A stretch of 58,669 bases of DNA, from positions 1,147,259 through 1,205,927 of the forward strand of contig NC_068988.1 of the NCBI RefSeq assembly GCF_001194135.2, given 5' to 3'. Both the position numbers and the translations under genes were made by a program. This document shows, piece by piece, positions 12,836 to 25,293 of this stretch. The DNA is from Octopus bimaculoides. Taxonomy: Eukaryota. How positions within the stretch are numbered: position 1 is the first letter of the stretch; each line of letters starts with the position of its first letter. The notes under the pieces were generated by a model that saw only the letters and a program-made list of their open reading frames with translations, made no database searches and was not told the origin of the DNA.

Positions 12836-15210
12836 AGTTTTATTTTACCCAAGTAAATATTCTACAAGGATATATTACATGTGTGATTGATTTAACAAGC
12901 TTTAAAAATAAATAACCAGTTGTTACATATTTCGGACTTTGTTTTTGTGTTTTTTCTAACAAGGATCAATTTAATTCTTTTGATACCAGCCTATCCAACA
13001 CTGTCCCTAGATCTAGGGTACAAACTTTCCCCATTTCCGAGGGATCTAAATTGAACCCTTTCATCAAAATTTTATGTTAATTTATGCTCCAAACACCAGC
13101 TGAACCCTTCAGCATTCAGATTAGTCTGTTAAATGCTTATTTATTTGTATGGTTTTCAATTAATCATGCTAAATCTTGTAGTTTTGAGATTTTGATGATG
13201 TACTTGTGTATTTTAAGAATAATATTGTAGGATAGGTGTGAGAGGCAGGATCTGACTTGTTTAAACACAAAGCAGGTCGAATATTTGGGCCTGAAATAGC
13301 TGGTTTAAATGCTAAAGGGTTAATAATGACAGTTACATCACTAAATGCTTCGTTATTTCTTTCTTTTTTATTAATTGAAACTAAAGCAGTGTATTTCAAC
13401 AGAAATACAATAATAAAAGGGTTAACTCATTTAATACCAACCTTTTAAAGATTATCTTTGGTTCTGAGATATAAACTTTCTGTCAAAAAGTTAAAAACTT
13501 CTATCAAAATTTCATGTCAACCCTTTTGTTACCATATTTCGGTTGGAATACCTTTGTTTTGCTTCAATTAATTTTGAAAGCAATAAAGAATTTAGTAGAA
13601 TAATTGTCATTATAAAGGTGGTGTTTGGAATATAAGGAATTTTGATGAAAGGTTTTTTTTATCTAGAGTTCTTTGAAACATGAAGTTCGTTTCATAGAAC
13701 CAGGAGTAATTTGGAGTGAGTTGGTATCAAAAAGATTAATTTACATTCCAAATATCAACTTCATAATTACAAAATTAATTTTAGTAACTCCATAATTATT
13801 TTTAAATTAATTGAAATAACGGCAGAGTATTTCGACAGAAGGACCAAGACCTCCTTCAGTCATGGATGACCATGGCACAATTCCAGGCAAGACTGTTTAT
13901 GGAAGCCCAGCAATCACCCATGCATGCCAGCTTCCCCTTCTTCACGCCACTGATGTTATCCACGGGAGAGGCAAAGGCCGATACGGCTTCGCACCAGTGA
14001 CGCTGCAACTCATTTCTACAGCTGAGTGAACTGGGGCAGCATGAAATAAAGTGTCTTGCTCAAGAACACAGCACACAACCTGGTTCAGGAATTGAACTCA
14101 CTACTTCATGATTGTGAGCCTGACACTCTAACCACTCAGCCATACACCTTCTTGCCATATTTCAACAGAAATCTGGTAAGAAAAGGATTAATCAAGAAAG
14201 TAGTGTGTTCAAAGAAATAGTTCAAAGTGGCATTGAAAAGGCTGAGAAAATGTTTAAGAAACCTGGGTTCTACTTTTAAAACATTCTCTTGTAATTGTTC
14301 AGGAGAATAATAAACCTCACGACAGAGACAGAGTGATGAAAAATATTCTGTTATTGCAATGTAAAAAGTCTGATATCGATTCTACAAAACTAAAATATTC
14401 ATGAGAACTTGACAACAGGAAACTGAGGAAATTGAAACCCTTTTTCTGGATTTGGTTGGCAGAGCATTTTAATAATAGATTTCAGAACAACAACAATTAT
14501 TGTTTGCAACACTGAAGTTGGGCCACCAAGTTTGGCAGAGATGTCAGTCAATTAAATCTACAGGACTTATTTTTCCAACCCCAGAACGATGAAAGGTAAA
14601 ACTGGCTTCTGAAGGATTTGAACTCAGATCATGTTGGATTACAACAAAATAAGACAAAGCATTTTCACCAATTCTGAACATCTACCAACATCCAAGAATA
14701 ATTATTTTTAATTTCTGGCACAAAGCCAGCAATTTTAAAGAAGACGAGGAAATCAATTACATCAACCCCCAGTGTTTGACTGGTACTTTATTTTATCAAC
14801 CCTGAAAGGTTGAAAGGCAAAGTCAACCTTGGCACTATTTGAACCCAGAAAGTAAAGAGCCAGAAAAAATGCTGCCAAGCACAAGGCCAGAGCAGGAGGG
14901 AAGGAAAAAAGGTGATTATGTCAATCCCAATATTTTGACTGATTCTTTATTCTATCAATCCTTGGAAGGAAGAAAGAGAAAATGGGCCTCAGTGAGATTT
15001 GAACTCAGAAGCTGACTGACCACAGCCAAATGATAATATGAAGAAACTCTATGGAATTGCTGAAGATTGAGTTTTGGATTCTGTCTGTGCTATCTTACAA
15101 AGAATGCAATGAAGACATTGTTAAAAAAAAAGAGGCAAAAACCATCTGGAATTTGAAAGAATTGGCTCAAAATACAATGGAGACTTTGTCACAAATAGAA
15201 CTTTCTAGAA

Positions 15211-15466
15211 CAGTGGTTCATAAGCAGGGTCCACACAGCCCCTAGGTTTCAACAGCAAAATCTTGTATGTTTCTCCATGTGCAATAAGTTAGTTACACCT
15301 CTACAATACACAAAATATTTTTAAAAATTTTTATTCACTTTCAGATAATATTTAATTATAAAAATACAACAGGGGTTTCTTTATACACTGAATGGCAACG
15401 GCAATCCAGCAGAGTAAAAGGGGTTTGAAAGGGGTCCATGGGTGAAAAAATGGTCGAGAACCACTT
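15211..15466. mobile_element. hAT (Charlie-like) MITE
   Basis: Ends CAGTGGTTCATAA and TCGAGAACCACTT; 8-bp TSD TTCTAGAA/TTCTTGAA (7/8) fits the NTCTAGAN target preference. Confidence 0.75.
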
Positions 15467-16102
15467 TTCTTGAATCTTTTCTGTCTTTTACAGAAAGGCC
15501 AGCTGTAATAACTTTCACAATGTCATGGATTTTGAAGGTAATAGCTATAGCTGAGAGAACTAACCCCACCACCACCACCACCACCAGTATTTCACTGGTA
15601 CATATTTTAACAACCCTGAAAGATTGACTGACCAAGTGAACTCTGGCAGAATTTGATCTCAGAATGCAGAAGGACAGAAGCAAATCCTACAAAGAATTTG
15701 AACCTGGAACTCTACTGCTCTTTTATTTCATGGCCTTCTCATCAGAATTAATAACAACAGCTACACTATTACCACTTTAACAGTAAAGTCTACTGACACC
15801 ACTACCCTTTAACAGACATATCTACTAACACCACTGCCACTTTAACAGTTATATCAACTAACACTGCTACCCATCAATAGAAGTATCTACTCACACTACT
15901 ACCACCACCACTTCAAGTGTAATGCTTCCCATTCGGCCATTAGTAAGAAAGCTACAGATGATCAAACTAGACATTACTGGTTTAATTAGGTCTTAATTAT
16001 AATAAGACTAAGACCTGGTGTCAGTAATTATGACGATATAAATGTTATAAAGTTTAACACAAACTACTTTATGATGAAAAATACATAACATGCAATACAA
16101 AT

Positions 16103-16145
<43 letters not shown>

Positions 16146-18477
16146 GTTGACCAACTATAGGTGTGTGTGTGTGCGTGTGTGTATACACACACACATTATA
16201 TACATATATATATACTTAATTTATATAAATGTGTGTGTGTGTATGTATATAAATGAATAAACTCTGTATATTTGTGTTGTACACATATACACAACACAAG
16301 AGAACGAATGAGATTAGTTTTCGACTGGGAAAATACTTGAGAAATAATTATGAGCTTAACAACCTGATCAAATGCCATAAAAAGATTTTAAGTAGCATTT
16401 AATCAATAACAAAATGTCCTCAGAAATCACAGAATGGCTTTATAAAGGATTTAGCAAATATTCTAAAATAAAAAAAAAATGGTTTTGAATTTTGGTTAAG
16501 TTAAGTGTTTGCTAAACAATTGGGTGGAGGGCGATAAATGAAAGACAGTAAACATTTTTGTTGTAGTGTGTGTGATTGAGATTCTTATGAAGAAGTGAGC
16601 CAAGGAGGGAACAGTACCCATCTCGTTTGCAGGTAGTCCAAGACTGAAGCATAACATTATGGTAACAGGAACAAAAATTTTCAGTAAAACAAACAGTTTG
16701 AAGAACTAAACGACAGATAAAACATTAAGAAATATTGAACCTTTCATGAGACAGGGTGATATCAACATCTGATGCACTTCAATATTGTCGATATCAACAC
16801 ATGTATACACACTCTAGCATCATTGTAATACACCTGTGTATCACAGCAACACACTCCAGTATTACGAACACCAACACAGTGAAACCCTCTACTTTTTGTG
16901 GACACTGTAGAACTAAACTGGCCAAATACAGTCTGATAGAAAGCCCAATCATTCCATTTACTTATTTTGGATTATACTTTAATTGATACATTTCCTCAAT
17001 TCCCCTGACTCTCAAGAGCAAGCACCAGATAATTTGGGAAGAGACAAATCCTCATTTCTCCTCGATTTCACGGTGAAACTCAAGCTAGACATCAGCTTTA
17101 AAGACTTGTAAGGGCTAACAAAATATTTACATTACATTGCTGACACAAAATGACACAATCCACAACTACTGACACTGGTGTGTTACTAAACTCCCTAATT
17201 CTGGCAGATTATTTCCTCTGACTCACCTTAGCAGGATATGACACTTCAATCCTTTGAAGATTAGCAGGATGTTGGAAACACTGACAGAATGCCTAACATG
17301 TCATAAACAGTGTTAATATAAAATATTTCAGTACCGCACTGCTGTGAATATATGCGTCATTATTTTCAAGTTTCTATGAAGTATCATACAGGTTTATTAC
17401 GGACACCAGACCAAACTGACCAGATCACATCGACTGCTGTTGACAGTGACCGAATCACATTGGCAAGATAAGTGTCTCGTCTTTACTTACATAACAACAG
17501 TACGCCATGATACTGCATAAATTACAAACATAATTCAACATATAGGGACAGATGTGGCTGTGTGGTAAGAAGTTTTCTTTCCAACCACATGGTTATGGGT
17601 TCAGTCCCACTATGTGGCACCTTGGGCAAGTGTCTTGAGCTGACCAAAACCTTGTGAGTGGATTTGACAGATGGAAACTGAAAGAAGCCCATCATATATA
17701 TATATATATTTAACAGAGTAATTTGAAGGCTTAAATTGAAAATGGACACCTTTTAGAGTGCAATCTAATAAAATGTTAACATGTAGCATGCCCTGGGGGT
17801 GGGCAGTTTACAGCAAGGGAGGTAATCGTTTCTCAATCAAACATGGTGAGACTAGAAGTTTGGATTTTCAATCAAAGAACAAGAAAGATGCAAAGAATAA
17901 ATATGAATTTTAACTTTTCTGAGAAGAATTCAACAATTAAACAACTGAGGCTAAATTAAAGAAAGCAATCAGGGTAATTAGTTCTTAATACTAATCAAGG
18001 AGTGACTATTTCAATTTATTTTAAACACACTTAAAACAAATTGAAATAGTGATAAATATAGAGGCAGTTATTGAATATTATTTATTATTATTATTATTAT
18101 TAAAGTAATGAGCGGGCAGAATCGCTAACATGCTGGACAAAATGTTTAGTGATATTTTGTCTGTCTTTAAATTCTGAGGTCAATTTTGCCTTGCATCCTT
18201 TTGGGGGTCAATGTCATCAACTAGCCCCTTTCCACCAAATTTCTTGACCTCGTGCCTACAGTAGAAAGGATTATTAGTATTAGTATTATTACGCTCTAAG
18301 TGGCGTTCCATCCATCTTTATGTTCTAAGACCAAATTCCGCCAAGGCTGACTTTGCCATTCGTCTTTTTGGAATCGGTAAAATAAGTATCAATCATGTCC
18401 GGCAGTCAATGTAATTGCCCTTCCCCTGTCCCCTCAAAAACTTCTAGCCCTATGTCAAAATTTCAAACCATTATTTC

Positions 18478-18525
<48 letters not shown>

Positions 18526-18689
18526 CTGCCAAGAGGGATGAAAATGGGAGAGGAATCTCTCAGAATTTGAAGTAAAATGAGATTGTCTGGCATGCTGGAA
18601 CATCACTAAATTTTCATTCTTCATTGGAATAGTAACTCTACAAACTATAGCTTGCTTTAAAAAGTTAAATGAAATATTTTTTTAAAAAA

Positions 18690-18900
18690 CCCTTAAATAT
18701 GAAAAAATATCCATGCAAAAAGGTTATGTGGGAAGAGTTAGTGAAGGAAAGCAAAGGGAATGTTACCAACGCATGCACCGTATGAAAACTAGCCATAACA
18801 ATGTGTAAAATAGTCTTTGAATATGAATAAAGTTTTCCAAATTGATAAAGGCCTGGAAAAGAAATAGTCTCAGAAAAAAAAATCCCTGATTGCTGAAATG
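18690..18900 (+). mobile_element. Possible highly decayed hAT transposase C-terminal dimerisation domain
   Basis: WEELVKESKGNVTNACTV*KLAITM..EYE*SF then a frameshift to SKLIKAWKRNSL, loosely like LALT..ECERSFSKLKLIK..RNSL. Confidence 0.3.
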
Positions 18901-21804
18901 AAAATGGAAATAATATGGAAGTAGAGCAATACACATGAAATTGCTCATGCGTGCTTCTGTTGTTGACACTAATCATGCCTCACCTTTTGGTAGTAAACTA
19001 AGTCCACCTCAAACTTTAATCTCTCCTACATATAAAGGTGCAACAATAGTAAAGATCTTCATTGTTGTACAATGAGGTTCTGTCAATGTGGTGACATATG
19101 ATGTTTATATTTAGAAACCAGACCTGTGTTTTCACAAACAAAGTAAAGATTACAAACCTAACGGTTCCTCTCCATCAAAGATTTCAGTGAGATAAAAAAA
19201 CAACTGCATTTAGAATAGCCAATGAAAATGCATTTATATGATCACCTGACCTGTTAAAGATAGCAGTCACATTTCCCTCAAATCACACCCTACCATCTTA
19301 GAAATGGAAGGAGACAATGGACAATGTAGTCATAGGTACATGAATGATCACAGCTGAAATGCCGTTTGTGATAGGAATTTGCAGCAACAGAGTTTAACAT
19401 TGAAATAGTGAAGGACTTCCTTCCACCACACATTCAAAATATAGACTAGATCTTGAAATTAAATATTTGATTTTGTAATTAGTCAAAAGTAATCAATTTT
19501 ATAACAAAACTTTTGGTTTTGGGGAATCCTAAACTAATTGTACTTACATCAACTTCAGCTGTTCATTAAAACAAAGTGATTTTATTTTATTTTTCTTTGA
19601 TACTTACAAAAGATATCAAAAACAACCCTGTTTCATGTTGGTTATATAAATCCATGGCTGTAAAACTTGACTACAATTAGGACATCTTAGAGACATTTGA
19701 CAAACCACAACAAGACTGTTCTTCGGCCCCAAATGTGGGAAACCTCTCACAACCAAAAGGAACAGTAAAGGTTTTTTCCTTTTTAGGAAGGGGCCCAAAA
19801 AATAATCAGATATTCCCTGGACCAAGGACTTGGTCTTGGCTGCAGCTCCCATACATACAATGGGACCTCCACCACACCATTTCCTACCAACAAAATTTGA
19901 GACTGATTCCAAAGAAAAGTCATTAACATAATTAGCAAACTGACTAATTCGAAACTGCTCATAGTTCTCACTTCAAATTAATGTAAAGTGTTTTTTGTCT
20001 GATGGACTCTCAATATATTCCTTGCATGAATAAATAGGCATTACATTTCACAGAATAATCTAAATGCCAAAGGGTTAAGTCTGTAATCCACCCAAGTCAC
20101 CCTACTTTTCTTAACAAATACTGACCAATCCAGAAGCAAGCACTGACCATTGCAATTTTACACAATTCCCTCATGAATCCTGTTAAAGAATATTCCAGAA
20201 TTTCTTTTCTCTTTCTCTCAACTACAAATAAGGAAGACTGTCTAAATCTTCTCATTAAGCACAAATCCAATAATTGAGATAATCTACATATATCTCATAT
20301 TAAAAAGGGATTAATAACATCTAGTGTTACTTCTCAATACCAACATAATCTGTTATTTTTATTTTTTTCATTGTGGCACATGTAACAACCACTGGATTAT
20401 CCACAAAGTTGCATTTAAATTCATTCATTCATTCTGTTTGATGTCTGTTTTCTCATGCTGGTATGACTTAGAAAGGGAGGTAACTGAGGCAGAATTTTTT
20501 AATAAGTGGATGCTCTTCCAGTTGCTAACCCTTACCAGTTTTTCAAGAAAGGCATTTTGCTTTTATTCCAAAGGAATTCAAAAGTACAGAGCCAGTGGAT
20601 GATTTGTTGACCAGGAATCTCACCTGTCGCAGCACAAGTGGAGATGTCACTGTTTGTAGCTAAGCCTCTGTAGCCATAGTTCATCATTGGTTGGAAACAT
20701 TATGACTTATTATGTAGCAAGGAAATTAATAATTGGTGCAGTTGTCATCTAATTTTTGTTAATTAGTTTGAATTAGCTAATACTATTTACATAGAAAATG
20801 AAGGACAGATATATTTATCTGAGAAATTTTGTTGGTTTCAAAACAAACCTAACAGCCTAAGGAAAGTTTAATTTACTAAACAGTTTAGCAGGGATATGGA
20901 GGAGTGAAGGGCAATGCCAGGACTAGAAGTGAAGAAGCAAGGGTGACATCAGGACCAGAAGTAAGAGGAAAATGATGTCATGGGAAGAAGCGGCAATTCT
21001 GGACAGCCTTTTTCTTCCTTACGACACTGAGGTGAACAAAACACATGGAAGGAATTTCTGGGTAGAGCAGTTACTGGCCAGAGGTACCTCCAACAAATTC
21101 TGCTGATCCTTGTAAAGTGAAACTAAACTATATTGACAAATAAATGGTAAAGTCAGCACTCTTGTACCAAATAAATTAATAAAATTACTTGGAGAGATAA
21201 AAAATAATTGTGTGTGAAAAATGTGACTGATTCTTTATATTTGTAACAGGGCATCAATGGAAAGGTCCAATTATGAATTTCTGTGAGAGTTACGAAATGA
21301 AAGGGATTTTTTTTGCGAGAAAAACAAATCTGTCCAAATATATTCTTGTATAAAATTTGCAATAGAAATTTTAAAAATAAACTTAATACAAAGTTTATTT
21401 TAAAGATAAATTCATTAATAAAACTTAACTCTGAAAAGTGGAGTTGGGTGTCTGGAGACATTAAGTCACAATGAAACACTTGAGTTACTTTATTTAGAAC
21501 TAAACGAGGAAAGTCATAATGACAACAACTGCTCTAGATGTTGACATCGTTGAACAGGATTCATTGCTGGCGAGAGGACTAAAGACTTCCACTTGACCTC
21601 TTTCAATTCAAAGTTTTCTACTCACTTAAAATACAACAGCAACTCATGCTCACAGCACTTGGTCTGACCGAAGAATTCTAATTCTTATTTTTTTAATTAT
21701 CAACTTATGTACAACACCATAATTTCTTTATTTACAGTAATTACTCTTTTAATTAAAAGTGGATCCAGATATCATATCAATAAAACAACAACATCAGTCT
21801 TTTC

Positions 21805-22134
21805 ATTGAGCTGGTGGAGTCACGCCAAAGCAATGGATTGAAAACAATCCATGACCCCATCAAGGTGCGAAGGAGAGGGTTTGAAGGCCAATCCCTCTGC
21901 AGGACTTTCACCATGCTGAGCATCACAGGGACCTGTAGGTAGAAGGCCATCAGGTTAACAGTTGAAGCAGCAAAGGTAGCTTCAAGGTTGTGAATGCAAT
22001 GGCATGAACCCTGGAAAGGTTCCCGAGGTATGGCTGACCAAACACAAGCTGGGGCTTGATTAACACGAGGTGAGAAGGTTGGATTGTCGGAAAACCCAAA
22101 ATACCTAATGATCTCAAGAAACATTACTGATGAT
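21805..22134 (+). mobile_element. 3' remnant of an RLE-type non-LTR retrotransposon (HERO-like)
   Basis: One frame reads LVESRQSNGLKTIHDPIKVRRRGFEGQSLCRTFTMLSITGTCR*KAIRLTVEAAKVASRL*MQWHEPW. This resembles the C-terminus of HERO elements (PIEVGCRGFxGxSL..AAExASRWLW) as I recall it, followed by a HERO-like 3' UTR ending ACTGATGAT. Confidence 0.7.
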
Positions 22135-22399
22135 ACATTATTTACATTTGATGGATATTTGTCCGCATCTTGTTTGTTAACACAATATTTCAGCTTATAT
22201 ACCCTCCAGCCTTCATCAGGTGCCTTGGGGAAATTTCGAACCTGGGTTCTCATTCCTAAGGTATTTTACGATGTTATTATTATTATTATTCANNNNNNNN
22301 NNATGTTATTATTATTATTATTCAGGTCACTGCCTGAAATCGAACTCGGAATCTTGGGGTTAGTAGCCCGCACTCTTAACCACTACGCCATATACCCGT
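22135..22399 (-). mobile_element. tRNA-headed SINE with internal (AAT)n and 3' hammerhead-like motif, flanked by a 12-bp TSD
   Basis: Head has A box TGGCGTAGTGG and B box GAGTTCGATTTC. ATTACTGATGAT occurs at 22123-22134 and 22400-22411. A 10-N gap with a duplicated overlap lies inside. Confidence 0.8.
22179..22224 (-). ncRNA. Minimal type-I hammerhead ribozyme-like motif
   Basis: GGCAC-CUGAUGA-A-GGCU(12 nt)AGCU-GAAA-UAUU-GUGUU: both core boxes present, stem I CAC/GUG plus two G-U pairs, palindromic AAUAUU in place of stem III. Confidence 0.55.
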
Positions 22400-23142
22400 A
22401 TTACTGATGATGTACGAAAAACCAAAGATGAATCAGAGGAAATGGAACTTACTCTCAACATAACATTATTCACTAATGAATTACCGTAAAATGAAAGAGA
22501 TTAATCAAAGACCTGCGAATAAGATTTACAGTGATAATGATAGAGTGTGGCTAAATTGATGAGCAAATGTCAGCAGGGAAATTCTGAAGGAATAACAGTT
22601 TTCAGATCAAATTAAATAGTTATGACTTTTCTTTTGTTTTCGATTTTTTTTTTTGTTTTGTTTTGTTTTTCAGTTTTTGTTTTTCAAGGAAACTAATCAA
22701 ACAACACAAAGGTAATGTTAGCCACTGACAACAACCTGTGGAGGGGACAAGAAAAGGGAAAGGAAACAAGATAGGACAGAATAAAAAAAATAGAACAAAA
22801 CATGCTAAAATAAACAGGTTGCACATCAAACCTTTCACGTCTTCCTTACAACAAGACTTGGTTATAACAAGGTTATCAAGGGCCAGCTCTCCTGAGAGAA
22901 AAACAAAACAGAATGGCATGGAATAGAACAAAAAGCAGCAAAAAAAAATAATAAATAGAATAGAATTAATAAGATAGGCACAAGCGTGGCTGTGTGGTAA
23001 GACGTTTGCTTCCCAGCCACATGATTGTGGGTTCAGTCCCACACAGTGTCTTCTACTATAGCCTCAGGCCAACCAAAGCCTTGGGAGCAGATTTGGTAGA
23101 TGAAAACTGAAAGAAGCCTGTTGCATGTGTGTGTGTGTGTGT

Positions 23143-23200
<58 letters not shown>

Positions 23201-23819
23201 ATGTGTTTGTCCCCACCACCACTACTTGACAACCGGTATTGGTGTATTTACATCCACATAACATAGCAGTTTGGCAAAGAAGTCCAACAGAATAAGTACC
23301 CGGCTTTAAAAAACAAAATAATAAGCGCTGGGGTCAATTCGTTCAACTAAACTTCTTCAAGACAGTGCCCCAGCATGGCCACAGTCAAATCGTTGAAACA
23401 AGTGAAAGAACAAAAGAGAAGAGAATTAGCAAAGATACAGAGAATTCATTTTCCCCTTTTTGTGAGGTCAGAGAAAAATGAGAGAAGCGTCATTAGTTGA
23501 GTCTAGAAAAACATTGTGCAACCTGGATTCTTAACAACGACAACGACAACAACAACAACAACAACCACATCTGTACATTGGTTTGGTAAAAAGAAAACAT
23601 TGGAAACATTTCCAAGTTATTGATGCCAAAGGGATCAGAAATTTCTTTGGGAGAATCAAATCCAAAACTAAAGGAGTCTTTCTCTGTCCGGAAGAGAGGA
23701 ATTCATAGAACTCTGCAAATGTGCAATTTTATAAAATCTTTCATTTAGAAAATAATAAACTGAATAAAATACTCCATGAAATGAAGGTAGAAATATTTCT
23801 GAGATTCTTTGTATTCATA

Positions 23820-24190
23820 GCAGGAGTGGCTGTGTGGTAAGTAGCTTACTCATGAACCACATGGTTCTGGGTTCAGTCCCACTGCGTGGCACCTCGGGCA
23901 AGTGTCTTCAACTATAGCCTCGGGCCGACCAAGGCCTTGTGACTGAAAGAAGCCTGTCATACAAAATATATGTGTGTGTGTGTGTGTGTTTGTGTGTTTG
24001 TCCCCCCACCATTGCTTGACAACTGATGCTGGTGTATTTACCTCCCTGTAACTTAGCGGTTCGGCAAAAGAGACCGATGGAATAAGTACTAAGCTTACAA
24101 AGAATAACTCCTGGGGTCAATTTGCTTGACTAAAGGTGGTGCTCCAGCATGGCTGCAGTCAAATGACTGAAAAGAATAAAAGAATAAAAG
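23820..24190 (+). mobile_element. tRNA-derived SINE family A (near full-length copy)
   Basis: GGCTGTGTGGTAAG..GGGTTCAGTCCCACTGCGTGGCACCTCGGGCAAGTGTCTT head, internal (GT)n, 3' GTCAAATGACTGAAAAG. Related copies (approximate): 8420-8566, 17548-17700, 22977-23420, 30500-31055, 32287-32630, 36170-36310, 39050-39215, 39620-39905, 50260-50390, 51930-52320, 55140-55300, 57710-58110, 58330-58460. Confidence 0.85.
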
Positions 24191-24975
24191 AAAGAATTAT
24201 CTATTCTTGGAGCTGAAGCCAACTTAAACCATCAGAGCCACCTGACTGGCTCCCCGTGCCGGTGGCACATAAAAAGCACCATCCAAACATGGCCGATGCC
24301 TGTACCGCCTGACTGGCTCCGGTGCTGGTGGCATGTAAAAAGCACTCACTACACTCTCGGAGTGGTTGGCGTTAGGAAGGGCATCCAGATGTAGAAACAT
24401 TGCCAGATCAGATTGGAGCCTGGTGCAGCCTCATGGCTTACCAGCCTTAAGTCAAACCATCCAAATAACAGCAACAACAACAATATTAGTTTCAAATTTT
24501 GGCACACAACCAGCAATTTTAAGGGATAGCATCGACCGCAGTACTCAACTGGTACTTATTTTATCGACCCTAAAAGGATGAAAGGCAAAGTCAACCCCGG
24601 CGGAATTTGAACTCAATATGTAGCGGTAGATGAAATACCACTAAGCATTTCACCCAGCATGCTAACGATTCTGCCAGCTCACTATGATGATGATGATAAT
24701 ATTGCAAAATGCTTTAGCTTAGCTGTTACAAAATATAGAAGAGTTAAATAAATCTGACCCAGAAGCGGCATACAACACAACATGGATAGGTGCACGCAAT
24801 TCATAAATATCAGCCTCTGTAAAATTAAGTGTCCTGACGAAGATAAACTAACATAAAATACTGGCAAACGGAAGTTTAGCAATTCTGCTGTCAACTTCAC
24901 AAATATACAAAGTTATTAGCAACATGATTTATAATTAGTGTTCAATAAATATTAATCCATTACAAAAAGAAAAGC

Positions 24976-25015
<40 letters not shown>

Positions 25016-25293
25016 GTATATACACACATACACATATTTATATACATATATATTTATATATATATACACACACATACATATATATTTATAAACATATATA
25101 TTTATATATACACACACATACATATATATTTATACACATATATATTTATATATACACACATACATACATATTTATATCTATATATATATACACACACACA
25201 TCATCATTATCATCATCATTTAAAGTCCGCTTTCTACGCTAGCATGGATTGGACGATTAGACAGAGGACTGGTGAACCAGATGGCTACACCAG

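Noticed and set aside
16780-16880. CCC..DARVC peptide on the minus strand as the missing FYVE exon
   Set aside because: Cys spacing is wrong, there is no xxC after RVC, and no suitable phase-0 acceptor.
19616-19971. Overlapping ORFs on both strands
   Set aside because: No recognisable homology; cannot be supported as coding.
20126-20179. 54-nt phase 1-1 exon-like segment (FMRELCKIAMVSACFWI)
   Set aside because: No similarity to SARA and a weak donor; it shows such candidates arise by chance.
22271-22324. Direct repeat ATGTTATTATTATTATTATTCA on both sides of 10 Ns
   Set aside because: Unmerged contig overlap, not a real duplication.
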